Positions 9,445 through 19,188 of a stretch of DNA of 45,716 nucleotides are shown here, in pieces. Each line of letters opens with the position of its first letter. Within the stretch, counting starts at the first letter, position 1. Under the pieces are notes generated by a model, which saw nothing but the letters and a program-made list of their open reading frames with translations, made no database searches and was not told where the DNA came from. Source of the stretch: Thermovirgaceae bacterium (GTDB lineage Bacteria > Synergistota > Synergistia > Synergistales > Thermovirgaceae); NCBI GenBank assembly GCA_040767805.1, contig JAXGNU010000011.1, forward strand, positions 1 to 45,716. The letters run 5' to 3'. Both the position numbers and the translations under genes were made by a program.

Positions 9445-10080
9445 ATGAAGATAAGGGTATTCCTCGCCGATGATCACCCCCTCACCCGCGCTGGGTTGAG
9501 GGATTACATAGCGAAAGAGAAAGACCTGGAACTTGTGGGGGAGGCCGGCGACGGCCTTGAGGCCTGGAGGGTCATCGAAAAAGAAAGGCCCGATGTCGCC
9601 CTGCTGGACATCAGGATGCCCGGCGAGAACGGCGTCGCCCTGGCCAGGAGGATCAAGGAGTCCTCCCTCCCGGTCAGGGCGGTGATGCTCACGTCCTTCG
9701 ACGCACAGCAGTACGTCATGGCCTCGCTCAGGGCCGGGGCCAGGGGTTACGTCCTCAAGACCGTGACGCCCGAGGAGCTAGCCCGCGCCATCAGGGTGGT
9801 GGCCCGGGGTGGGCTTTACCTCGATGGGGAAGTGGCCCGCAGCATGGAGGACGGGGAATCCGCTTACGAGGCGCTGTCGGCAAGGGAGAGGGAGGTCCTC
9901 CTCCATGCAGCCAGGGGGCTGTCCAGCAAGGAGATCGCGGGTGTTCTCATCATCAGCGAGAGGACGGTCCAGACCCATCTTGCTTCCATCTACGACAAGC
10001 TCGGGGCCAGGAACAAGACCGAGGCCATGTTGCTGGCGCTTAAGTACGGCATCGTAGCCCTGGAGGAGCTGATCGAATGA
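9445..10080 (+). CDS. NarL/LuxR-family response regulator
   Basis: REC domain (ADDH, LLDIRMP, LTS, YVLK) plus LuxR HTH (LSAREREVL...ISERTVQTHL..IY.KLG); GGAGGT RBS before ATG 9445. Confidence 0.95.
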   Translation: MKIRVFLADDHPLTRAGLRDYIAKEKDLELVGEAGDGLEAWRVIEKERPDVALLDIRMPGENGVALARRIKESSLPVRAVMLTSFDAQQYVMASLRAGARGYVLKTVTPEELARAIRVVARGGLYLDGEVARSMEDGESAYEALSAREREVLLHAARGLSSKEIAGVLIISERTVQTHLASIYDKLGARNKTEAMLLALKYGIVALEELIE

Positions 10081-11447
10081 GGAGGCACCTGCTCATCCTT
10101 CTCACGGTGGCCATCATGATACCCTCCTTTTCGGCGCTCCTTTTGGGGGGCGCCGGTCTCATCCAGCACGAGAGGGCCATGGAGAGGGTCGCCAGGTCCT
10201 ACGTGGTCGACATCGCCGAGAGTTTCGCCTCGAGACTGGACCTGAGCTGGAGCAGGACGAGGTCTTTCCCCTTCGGTGACCGTGAGAGGTTCATGAGGCT
10301 CAGGCAGCTCACCTGGGGGCTTTCGATGCCGGGCTGGGTGGCGGTGGTGGACAGGCAGGGGAACATTCTTTTGTCCACCGGTGATTCCAACGTCCTACCC
10401 CTCCTCTGGGAAAGGGGGATACCGATCGGTTCAGCCCTGGAGGTCGAAAGCCGTGAGGGCGAAAAGTTCACCCTCGCCGTCTACCCCGCCGGGGAAACCG
10501 GGTGGTACGTCGTGGCCGCCGTATCCTGGGACAAGCTCCTCGGACCCATGCTCCGCTTCAACCGTTGGCCCCTGCTGGTCGGGCTCGTCGGGCTCCTGGG
10601 CCTCTTATCGGTCCTCGCCCTCTGGAAATGGCTCGTGGCGCCCTTGAGGGCCCTCGGGACTGAAGTGTCCACCCTTCACCTGGGGAGGGATATCCCCAAG
10701 GGCGACGATCCCGGGGCAGTCCACGAGATCAGGAGGTTGAGGGTGGTGTTGCAGCAGCTGGCCAGGGGCGCCGTCGAGAGGGCGGAACTGATGAAACGTT
10801 ATGTCGGCGACATCGTCAGGGTCCAGGAGGAAGAACGATCGCGCATAGCCAGGGATCTCCATGACGGCCCGCTCCAGGATGTCACCGCCCTGATCCACCA
10901 GATAAGGCTGGCGAAAATGGAGGAGAGGGAGCTCGGGGAGGCTCCCCAGCGGCTGGAGAATGCCGAGGAGGGCGCCCGTCACGCCGTTAATGACATGAGG
11001 GCCCTCTGTGATGAACTATCACCCCCCTGGCTCGACCTTGGACTGTCCCAGGCTCTGGACGAACTGGCGGAGCGGCTTTCGAGACAACTGGGGGTGAAAA
11101 TTACAGTGGAGGCCGGCATCGAGGAAGAGCTCCCCCCGGAGGTCACCCTTGCCTTTTTCAGGGTGGTCCAGGAGTCGGTCCACAATTCCGTTCGCCACGG
11201 GGGGGCTACAGCCGTGAACGTCAGGTTCCAAAGGGTCGGGGAGGAAGTCCTTCTCGAGGTGACCGATGACGGGGCGGGTTTCGATCCGCCGGAGGATTTC
11301 GAGGAACTACGGGTAAGGGGGAATCGCGGCCTGGCCAACATGTCCGAGAGGATGTCGCTCATCGGCGGAAGGCTGGAGGTCACCAGCCTCCCCGGTGCGG
11401 GAACCCTGGTGAGGTGCGCCTGGAGGTTCACTTCCTCTTCTGCCTGA
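10077..11447 (+). CDS. Membrane sensor histidine kinase (HisKA_3/NarX-like)
   Basis: Two TM helices, EEERSRIARDLHD H-box, QESVHNSVRH, DDGAGF, GLANMSER; ATGA overlap with the regulator. Confidence 0.93.
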   Translation: MRRHLLILLTVAIMIPSFSALLLGGAGLIQHERAMERVARSYVVDIAESFASRLDLSWSRTRSFPFGDRERFMRLRQLTWGLSMPGWVAVVDRQGNILLSTGDSNVLPLLWERGIPIGSALEVESREGEKFTLAVYPAGETGWYVVAAVSWDKLLGPMLRFNRWPLLVGLVGLLGLLSVLALWKWLVAPLRALGTEVSTLHLGRDIPKGDDPGAVHEIRRLRVVLQQLARGAVERAELMKRYVGDIVRVQEEERSRIARDLHDGPLQDVTALIHQIRLAKMEERELGEAPQRLENAEEGARHAVNDMRALCDELSPPWLDLGLSQALDELAERLSRQLGVKITVEAGIEEELPPEVTLAFFRVVQESVHNSVRHGGATAVNVRFQRVGEEVLLEVTDDGAGFDPPEDFEELRVRGNRGLANMSERMSLIGGRLEVTSLPGAGTLVRCAWRFTSSSA

Positions 11448-11943
11448 AGTAACCTCCCCATACGGCTTTGACGTCGGAGGCGAATACAAAGCCCTTATTC
11501 CCGATCATCTGGGCGACGTGCCCAATGTCATGGCGCCGGCAGATTATCTTGAGGATCATCCGTTCACCGGTTTTGCCGGAACCCGTGACGACGGTCGTGC
11601 CGAAACCCTCGTCCCTCAACCTGCCGACCGTTTCGAGCATCTCCTCCGTGACGGGGCCCACCGCCTCGACGAGGACGAAACCGCTCAGGATCTTTTCCTC
11701 CAGGGTGGCGCCCAGGAAGTTGCCCATGGCGTACCCGCCCGCGTAGGCGACGATCTGCAGCCACCCCCTGATGCCCTGCTGAAGGACGTAGCCCAGGGCG
11801 ATCAAGTATATGGCCGACTCGAAGAAGGCCATCGAGGCCGCCTGGATTTTTTTCCCCCTGACGAGAAGCAGTATTCTGAAAGTGCCCAGCGGGACATCGA
11901 GTAAGCGTGCGCCGAATATGAACAATGCGCCCATAAGATCCAT
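11428..11943 (-). CDS. UPF0316/DUF2179-like membrane protein
   Basis: ARLLDVPLGTFR, FFES.IY, YAGGYA.GNFLG, LRDEGFGTT...G.G; AGGAGG RBS. Confidence 0.8.
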   Translation of the reverse strand: MDLMGALFIFGARLLDVPLGTFRILLLVRGKKIQAASMAFFESAIYLIALGYVLQQGIRGWLQIVAYAGGYAMGNFLGATLEEKILSGFVLVEAVGPVTEEMLETVGRLRDEGFGTTVVTGSGKTGERMILKIICRRHDIGHVAQMIGNKGFVFASDVKAVWGGYFRQKRK

Positions 11944-12058
11944 GGGGAAACCTCCTGGGGGGCATGGTGACCATAACGGTTTGAACGGGTCCGCCTTGGG
12001 ATTCTAGTATAAAATGAGGGGAATTGAAAGAAGATCCTAAAGGGGAGAGCGCCGGGAC

Positions 12059-13678
12059 ATGCCGATAAGACTACGCGTACTGGGTGCCGCCGGGGAAGTG
12101 ACCGGTTCGAACTACATCCTCGAGTCGGGAGGAACCAGGCTCATGGTGGACTGCGGACTTCACCAGGGGGGGAACGAGTATAAAAACCGTGAACCCTTCG
12201 CCTTCGACCCTTCCACTATCGACGCCGTTCTCCTGACCCATGCCCACCTGGATCACACCGGCCGTGTGCCCCTGCTGGTCAAGATGGGTTTCAAGGGGAA
12301 GGTCATTGCCACGGCGCCGACGGTGGACCTGACGGACGTTCTCTGGAGGGACGCCGCCAAGATCCAAAAGGAGGACGCCGAGTGGAAGACCCGCAAGAAC
12401 CGGAGGAAAGGGCTGGACCCCGAAGAACCCCTCTACACCGAGGAGGACGTTGGGAAGGCTTCTGACCTGCTCCTCCCCGTGGCCTACGATGACATGCTGG
12501 AGCCGGTCCCCGGTTTCAGGGTCCGTTTCAGGGATGCGGGACACATCTTGGGCAGCGCCAATATAGAAGTATGGGGCAATGCCGGGGATGGTGAGGTCAA
12601 GATCGTTTTTTCAGGCGACCTTGGGCCACAGCAGACCGTGATGGAGAGGACTCCCTCCGTTCTCGAGGACGCCGATTACGTGGTCATCGAGTCGACCTAC
12701 GGCGACAGGGAGCACAAGACCAACGAGGAAAGCCGCGAGGAGTTCAGGGAAGCCATGAAGGTCATGATCCAGGACCACGGCAAGGTCCTCATCCCCACCT
12801 TCGTAGTGGACAGGGCCCAAAGAGTCCTCTACGAGATAATGCTCATGCAGAAAGACGGGGTCCTGCCCCCCGGCATCCCGATCTACTTCGACTCACCCAT
12901 GGGGGAAAAGGCCACGGAGGTCTACAACAAGCACCTGTCGCTTTTGTCATCGGAGATCCAGGAACAGATCAGGGCGGGCAATGACCCCTTCTCACCCGAA
13001 AACCTTAGGATCGTCTCCGATGTGGAGGAGTCCAAAAGGATCAACAAGGTCAAGGAAGCGGTGGTCCTCGCCGGCAGCGGGATGTGCAACGGCGGGAGGA
13101 TAGTCCACCACCTCAAGAACAGTCTTTTCCTGGAGACCACCGACGTGGTTTTCGTCGGTTACCAGGCCAGGAGTACCCTCGGCAGGCGGCTCGTAGAGGG
13201 TGAGAAGTACGTCCGGGTAGCCGGGGAGGAGGTGGCCGTCAGGGCCAAGATACACACCATCAACGGCTTCTCCGCCCACGCCGACCGCCGTGACCTTCTC
13301 GCCTGGGCCAGGCAGTTCAGGACCGATCCGCTGTTCTTCATCACCCATGGCGAACAGGAATCATCCCTGGCCCTCTCGAAGACCTTCGATGAAAACGGCA
13401 TAAGGTCTTTCATACCGGAAGAGGGAGGGGAGTACAGCCTGGTCGGAAAAAACGGGGCCGTCTCCCCCCCGGGGATGATGGGGATGCGGACGGCCGCCGC
13501 CGTTGCCGGTGAGACCCCGGGGCGCCGGGCCGTCGATGCCGTGCTTGGCGATATCGTCACCCTCGCCGCGGAACTGAGGGAAGACGGGTCCTCCCTCCCG
13601 CGGGAGGAAGCCCTGAACCTCGCCCTTTCAGCCAGGACATTACTGAAGACGTTGAAACGGAGAGGAACGGAAGACTAG
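12059..13678 (+). CDS. MBL-fold beta-CASP ribonuclease
   Basis: GAAGEVTGS, DCG, THAHLDH, AGHILGS, SGDLG, ESTYG, GSGMCNGGR, FSAHAD, THGE. Confidence 0.92.
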   Translation: MPIRLRVLGAAGEVTGSNYILESGGTRLMVDCGLHQGGNEYKNREPFAFDPSTIDAVLLTHAHLDHTGRVPLLVKMGFKGKVIATAPTVDLTDVLWRDAAKIQKEDAEWKTRKNRRKGLDPEEPLYTEEDVGKASDLLLPVAYDDMLEPVPGFRVRFRDAGHILGSANIEVWGNAGDGEVKIVFSGDLGPQQTVMERTPSVLEDADYVVIESTYGDREHKTNEESREEFREAMKVMIQDHGKVLIPTFVVDRAQRVLYEIMLMQKDGVLPPGIPIYFDSPMGEKATEVYNKHLSLLSSEIQEQIRAGNDPFSPENLRIVSDVEESKRINKVKEAVVLAGSGMCNGGRIVHHLKNSLFLETTDVVFVGYQARSTLGRRLVEGEKYVRVAGEEVAVRAKIHTINGFSAHADRRDLLAWARQFRTDPLFFITHGEQESSLALSKTFDENGIRSFIPEEGGEYSLVGKNGAVSPPGMMGMRTAAAVAGETPGRRAVDAVLGDIVTLAAELREDGSSLPREEALNLALSARTLLKTLKRRGTED

Positions 13679-13757
13679 TCTCCCCGTACCCGTTCCAAAG
13701 GCGCGTCCGGCCGCTAGCTGTGCTAAAATTCTGTGGGTCCTTTTTGGAAGACTGGCG

Positions 13758-15059
13758 GTGATGACGAGGATGACCCCCCTTTCCCGGACGAAAAGAATCC
13801 CCGCCTCGATCCTTTTCGCGGCGGGTATTGCCTTTGTTTTATTTTCATCCCCCGGCAGGGCCTCGGCCGGGCCGGTGACCTGGGAGCAGGCCTGGGGACT
13901 CATACTGGAGAACAATCCCGGGCTCAAGACCGCCAGGCAGAACATATCCGCGGCCCATGCCGCGTTGAAGCTGGCGGCCGTCCCGACAAAGGTCACCGCG
14001 GGCCTTTCAGGGACGACCACGAAGTTTGAAGGCGTGGACTCCTCTTCAAGTGCGGGTCTTACCCTCTCCTACAACGCCGGACTCCTTGGCAGGGAGAAGC
14101 AAGCCATAGAGGCTGAAACGGCGGGGCTCAGGGAGGCCGAGGTCGCCTACAGGGCCGCCGTCCTGAAGCTTTATAAGAATTCCGCCCTGGCCTTTTGGGG
14201 CGCCGCCGCGGGTGAGGCTTCGGTCAAGGCGGCCGAGGAGGAGATTCTCAAGAGGGAAGCCTTCCTCAGGGATGCCCGGCTCCGGTACGCCCAGGGAATG
14301 GTCCCGGAACTGGACGTGATGAGGGCCGAGAGCGCCCTGGCGGAATCCCGCCATTCCCTGGCCTTGCGACAGGCCGCCAGGTCGGGGTACGAAGCCATGC
14401 TGAAAGGCCTGGCGGGCTGGATGGATATCCAACCCGACGAGGGCCTTTTCGACACGGGTTCCCCCGTCGGGGCGGGGCGAGAGCAGCCGGACTTCGAATC
14501 CGTCGTCCGCGATCACCCTTCCGTCCTCAAGGCAAAGTGGGCCGTCCGGAGGGCTGAAAGCCTCCTCAAGGTAGCCGGTATGTCATCCGAACCAACCCTG
14601 GGGTTGTCGGCGACGATGACCCTCGTTACCGACGGTGCGGCGTCACTCCAGTATAACGAGGATGAATGGTGGTGGAGGGCCACCCTGACGATACCCGTGG
14701 TGGACGGCGGGTACGCCCGTTGGTCCACGGAGAGGGCAAGGGCCGCCCTCGCCTCGACCGAGGCGGCCGTCGGATCCGCCACCGCAGAAGTAATGATGGA
14801 CCTCGTGTCGGCCTGGGAGGATTACAGCGCCGCCATGGAGGGATACGAAGCCGAGAGGGCCAGGTTCGATACGGTGTCCAGGGAAAGGGAGATCGTCCTC
14901 CTCCGTTACAGGGAAGGACTGGCGAACCAGATCGAGGTCCTCGACGCCCAGACCCGTTTCGCCGGCTCCCAGGCGACGCTCATCGACGCAAGGCGGGGAC
15001 TCCTCGTTGCGGAAGCGGCCCTTGCTTCCGCCGAGGGGAAGCTGCCCATGGAGGAATAG
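13758..15059 (+). CDS. TolC-family outer membrane efflux protein
   Basis: Signal peptide, NNPGL, two helical repeats (RYAQGMVPELDV..AE; RYREGLANQIEVLDAQ); exact start uncertain (13758/13761/13770). Confidence 0.88.
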   Translation: MMTRMTPLSRTKRIPASILFAAGIAFVLFSSPGRASAGPVTWEQAWGLILENNPGLKTARQNISAAHAALKLAAVPTKVTAGLSGTTTKFEGVDSSSSAGLTLSYNAGLLGREKQAIEAETAGLREAEVAYRAAVLKLYKNSALAFWGAAAGEASVKAAEEEILKREAFLRDARLRYAQGMVPELDVMRAESALAESRHSLALRQAARSGYEAMLKGLAGWMDIQPDEGLFDTGSPVGAGREQPDFESVVRDHPSVLKAKWAVRRAESLLKVAGMSSEPTLGLSATMTLVTDGAASLQYNEDEWWWRATLTIPVVDGGYARWSTERARAALASTEAAVGSATAEVMMDLVSAWEDYSAAMEGYEAERARFDTVSREREIVLLRYREGLANQIEVLDAQTRFAGSQATLIDARRGLLVAEAALASAEGKLPMEE

Positions 15060-15061
15060 AA

Positions 15062-16132
15062 GTGGACAGGGAAAAACGTTCTTACCGGTGGATCTGGTGG
15101 CTGCTCCTGGTATCGCTCGTCGCTCTCGGCGCCTGGAGGATCTTCTTCAGACCCGCTTCCCAGCCGCCGGTGAGTGTCGCGGAGATCCGTTCCCGGGAGG
15201 GCCTCCCGGTGACGGTGCATGACGTCGTCCCCTCTCGGTGGCAGCACTGGATCACCTTCTTCGGCAGGACCAGGGCGGCTTCCGAGGCCCAGGTGGCTGC
15301 CGAGCGCCAGGAATATGTCTCCTCCGTGGCCGTGGATGTGGGTGACGCCGTAAAAAAGGGGCAGGTCCTGGCTATGCTCGACCTGCGCGTCGCCAGGCAG
15401 AAACTGGCGGCGCAGAAAGCCTCGGTCGCAGAAAAACAGGGCAGGTATAGGCGGCTCCTGGCACTGCAAGCGGCCGGGGGAGCCAGCGCACAGGAGGTGG
15501 AAGCGGCCCTCTCCGACGCGGAATCCGCCCTGGCGGCCCTGACGGACGCCCAGATGTCCCTGTCGCGAATGACCATCACAGCCCCGCTCGACGGGGTAAT
15601 TACGGGCCGTTTCGTCGAGACGGGCGACCTGGTATCGCCGGGGCGGACGCTCTTCACCGTGTCGGACCTGGACGCGATCGAAGCCGTCCTAGACGTCTCC
15701 CCAAAGGATATCTTCAAAATGGTCAGGGGCATGCCGGCCAGGGTCAAGGCCCCGAATGGCTGGGTCAAGGCGACGATTAAGAGGATAGAGCCCACGGCGA
15801 ATCCGTTGACAGGGCTTTTTTCGGTGGTGCTTTCCGTACCTGCCGGTTCCGGGTTGAGCCCGGGCCAGGCACTGGAGGCCCAGGTCCAGGATGAGGACAT
15901 TGCCGACGCGATCGTGGTCCCCTATGAAGCACTCAAGCAGATCGGGGGAGAAAGGACCGTAGTCTACGTTGTGGCGGAGGGAGTGGCTGAGGAGAGAGAT
16001 GTGATCACCGGCGGTTCCTACGGTGGAGCGGTCAGGGTCCTCTCGGGGGTTGAACCGGGTGAAAGGGTCGTCGTCAAGGGCTCCGACAGGATGTTCCCCA
16101 ACGCCGGGGTCTGGGTGCAGGAGGATAAGTAA
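15062..16132 (+). CDS. RND periplasmic adaptor (membrane fusion protein)
   Basis: N-terminal TM, VDVGDAVKKGQVLA lipoyl half, ITAPLDGVI, GERVVVKG; GTG start after GGAGG. The ORF-track extension to 14666 overlaps tolC and is spurious. Confidence 0.9.
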   Translation: MDREKRSYRWIWWLLLVSLVALGAWRIFFRPASQPPVSVAEIRSREGLPVTVHDVVPSRWQHWITFFGRTRAASEAQVAAERQEYVSSVAVDVGDAVKKGQVLAMLDLRVARQKLAAQKASVAEKQGRYRRLLALQAAGGASAQEVEAALSDAESALAALTDAQMSLSRMTITAPLDGVITGRFVETGDLVSPGRTLFTVSDLDAIEAVLDVSPKDIFKMVRGMPARVKAPNGWVKATIKRIEPTANPLTGLFSVVLSVPAGSGLSPGQALEAQVQDEDIADAIVVPYEALKQIGGERTVVYVVAEGVAEERDVITGGSYGGAVRVLSGVEPGERVVVKGSDRMFPNAGVWVQEDK

Positions 16133-19100
16133 TGAACCTTATCGGCAACTCCGTCAGGAGACCGGTCCTGACGACGGTCATCATGACGATACTGGTCCTC
16201 CTGGGTTTTTATTCCTTTCACCAGCTAGGGATGGCCCTCCTGCCCAAGATGGACATCCCCGTCGTGCTGGTGAGAGTGCCCTACAGGGGTGCGGGGCCGC
16301 TCGAAATAGAGAGGCTTATCGTACAGCCCGTGGAAGACGCCATTGCCTCCGTCGAGGGCGTCAAGGAGATAAACGGCTACGCCCTCGAGGGCACCGGCTT
16401 CGTCGTGGCCATCCTGGAGTACGAAGTCGATGTCACCCAGGCGACTCTCGACATATCGACCAGGGTGAAGACCATCACTTCCGACCTGCCTGAAGAGGCC
16501 GACGAACCCGTGGTGGACAAGATCGATATCAATGCCCAGCCCTTCATGATGGTGGTCGCCAAAACGAACCTCCCATCCTACCAGGCCAGGGATATCGTGG
16601 AGGACCAGGTCGCCAAGAGGCTGACCCAGATCATCGGCATGGCCAGCGTGGACATAAGCGGCGGGAGGGTGAGGGAGATCCACCTCGACGCCGACCCCTC
16701 CAGCCTCATCGCGCACAACCTGAGCCTCAGGAGGCTGGCGTCACTGGTCAGGGCTTCGAACTTCAACTCCCCCTCGGGGAACATCACCCTTGGGGGGAAG
16801 GAGACCTCGGTCCGCATCGTCGGTGAGCCGGACCAGTCAAGCAAGTTCGAGGACCTGGGAATCCCCGTGGGCGACGGCAGGGTCGTAAAACTGGGGAACG
16901 TGGTGACCGTCGTCGACGCCCTCGCTGATGAGCGGAACCGCGCCAGGTTCGACGGCAGGGATTCCATACTCCTGGAACTTATCGCCAGGCCCAACGCCAA
17001 TATCGTCAAGGTCTCCGGCGAGGTAAGGGCGGAGCTGGAAAAGATCGCACCTACCCTGGGCAAGAGCGTGGAACTGGAGGTCGTCTACGATTCCAGCGAA
17101 TTCGTGGAGAAGTCGGTCAGGAACGTCATCAGGGACATGACCATAGGGACCCTCCTGACGGCCCTCTTCCTTTACCTCTTCCTCCGGCAGTTCGGCTCGA
17201 CCCTTGCCGTGGCGATAGCCATGCCTACGTCGATAATCTCCACCTTCATCCCCATGTACTTCTACAAGTACACCCTGAATGTCATGAGCACCATGGGGTT
17301 GGCCATCTCGGTAGGGGTCCTGGTAAACAACGCCATCCTCGTCCTGGAGAACATCTACCGGTACCGGGAACTGGGCATGGATCCCTTCACCGCGGCGGAG
17401 GAAGGGACCAGGGAGATATCCCTGGCGGTCCTCTCGACCACGGCCACCAACCTGGGCGTTTTCATACCCATAGCCTTCATGGGCGGGATCGTGGGCCAGT
17501 TCTTCAACCAGTTCGCCCTGACGGTGGTCTTCTCGACACTATTCTCACTCTGGGGGGCCTTCACGGTCACCCCGATGGCCGCCGCCAGGCTGGGCGGCTC
17601 GGTGCGCGTATCCCCCTTCGCAAAAAGGGTCACCGCCTGGTGGTACTGGATCTACCGCGAACTCGAGGTTTTCCAGGAGGTGTACGTCGGGAAAGCCATG
17701 AGGCACCCCTGGGTGACCATCGGCTTTTTCGGACTGCTCTTCGTCGGATCGCTCCTCTTGATACCCAGGGTGGGTTTTGAACTTTTCCCCAGGGTAGATG
17801 AGGGGGTCATCAGGATCAACCTGGAACTATCGAGCACGGCCTCGCTGGAGGCAACCGATGAGCAGGTAAGAAAAGTCGAGGCCTTTTTGCGTGAGCAACC
17901 CTATGTGAAGTCCATGAGCTCCACCGTGGGAGGCAGGAGGCTCTCCAGCGTCAACAGCGGGGTGATAAGGGTCTACCTCGTCGACGCCGGTGAAAGGAAG
18001 AGCGCCTTCGCTATCGCTTCGGACCTGAGGAAAAAATTCGCCGGCCTTCCCGACACGAACGTGACGATCAATGTCGCCTCCGGTCAAGGCGGCGGAAGCA
18101 GGAAACCCGTACAGATAACCATAAGCGGGTCCGACCTCGATGTGCTCAACGGCATAGCGGGGGAACTCATGGAGAAGATCCGGGACGTCCCGGGGCTGGC
18201 CGACCTGGATACGGACTGGAAGGTGGGGAGGTTCGACCTTAACCTCATTCCCGAGGATCTCAAACTCACCTCCATGGGGGTGACCCTTTCCGATGTGTCC
18301 GATGAACTCAGGGGTTACCTGAGCGGTATTAAGGCCGGGGTCTACCGGGAACAGGGCTACGAATACGACATCCTGGTCAAACTGGCGTCCCGGTGGGTCG
18401 ACTCTCCCGAGGCGGTCCCCCTGCTTCCCCTATGGACCCCCCACGGGTTCGTCCCGGTCAACGAGTTGGCCGCCGTCGCCTACGAGCCTTCCCCCACGGC
18501 CATCTACCGGCTGGACCGTCAGCGCAAAATAAGCGTCCAGGCCGATGTGGCCGGTCGCACCGTCGGGGAGGTCTTCAGGGACATCACGCCGCGAATGGAT
18601 GAGATCCAGCTGCCGACGGGGTACAGGTTCATTATCGGTGGAGAGATCCAGAACATCCGGGAGAACTTCCGAAGGATGATCATCGCTTTCACCATGGCCG
18701 TCGTGCTGACCTTCCTGATGATCGCCGGCATACTGGAGTCATACCTTTTCTCCCTGGCGATCATGCTTACGATCCCCCTGTCGGTGATCGGTGTCATCCC
18801 GACGCTTCTTTTGACGGGAACGTCCCTTTCAATGTACGGTCTCCTCGGCCTGGTGATGATCGTGGGCCTCGTGGTCAACAACGCCATAGTGATCGTGGAC
18901 TACGCCGAGGTGGTCCGTAAAAAAGGGCATGAAGCGGCCGGTGCCATGATCGAAGCCTGCAGGGTGCGCTTCCGGCCCATCGTCATGGCCGACGTAACGA
19001 CCCTGATCGCCATGATCCCCCTCGCCCTGGGCCTCGGTGAGGGGGGGCAGTACAGGGCCCCCCTGGCCATCGTGCTGATAGGGGGCCTGCTGGCGGGAGG

Positions 19101-19188
19101 TACCATGGCCCTGTTCCTCATACCTCCCGTCTACAAGGTCATTTGGGACATCAAGAACCGATTCCAGGGGAGGGATGAAAATGCGTAG
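16132..19188 (+). CDS. RND efflux permease (AcrB/HAE1-like) with atypical TM4/TM11 residues
   Basis: 1018 aa, RRPV N-terminus, two repeats, NAILVLENI, RFRPIVM, PLA...GG; TAATG coupling to the MFP gene. Confidence 0.95.
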   Translation: MNLIGNSVRRPVLTTVIMTILVLLGFYSFHQLGMALLPKMDIPVVLVRVPYRGAGPLEIERLIVQPVEDAIASVEGVKEINGYALEGTGFVVAILEYEVDVTQATLDISTRVKTITSDLPEEADEPVVDKIDINAQPFMMVVAKTNLPSYQARDIVEDQVAKRLTQIIGMASVDISGGRVREIHLDADPSSLIAHNLSLRRLASLVRASNFNSPSGNITLGGKETSVRIVGEPDQSSKFEDLGIPVGDGRVVKLGNVVTVVDALADERNRARFDGRDSILLELIARPNANIVKVSGEVRAELEKIAPTLGKSVELEVVYDSSEFVEKSVRNVIRDMTIGTLLTALFLYLFLRQFGSTLAVAIAMPTSIISTFIPMYFYKYTLNVMSTMGLAISVGVLVNNAILVLENIYRYRELGMDPFTAAEEGTREISLAVLSTTATNLGVFIPIAFMGGIVGQFFNQFALTVVFSTLFSLWGAFTVTPMAAARLGGSVRVSPFAKRVTAWWYWIYRELEVFQEVYVGKAMRHPWVTIGFFGLLFVGSLLLIPRVGFELFPRVDEGVIRINLELSSTASLEATDEQVRKVEAFLREQPYVKSMSSTVGGRRLSSVNSGVIRVYLVDAGERKSAFAIASDLRKKFAGLPDTNVTINVASGQGGGSRKPVQITISGSDLDVLNGIAGELMEKIRDVPGLADLDTDWKVGRFDLNLIPEDLKLTSMGVTLSDVSDELRGYLSGIKAGVYREQGYEYDILVKLASRWVDSPEAVPLLPLWTPHGFVPVNELAAVAYEPSPTAIYRLDRQRKISVQADVAGRTVGEVFRDITPRMDEIQLPTGYRFIIGGEIQNIRENFRRMIIAFTMAVVLTFLMIAGILESYLFSLAIMLTIPLSVIGVIPTLLLTGTSLSMYGLLGLVMIVGLVVNNAIVIVDYAEVVRKKGHEAAGAMIEACRVRFRPIVMADVTTLIAMIPLALGLGEGGQYRAPLAIVLIGGLLAGGTMALFLIPPVYKVIWDIKNRFQGRDENA

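Noticed and set aside
14666..15061. N-terminal extension of the MFP ORF (likewise the extensions from 1473, 20680, 27735, 35838 and 39600)
   Set aside because: These overlap upstream genes, terminators or promoters; downstream starts with good RBSs match family N-termini.
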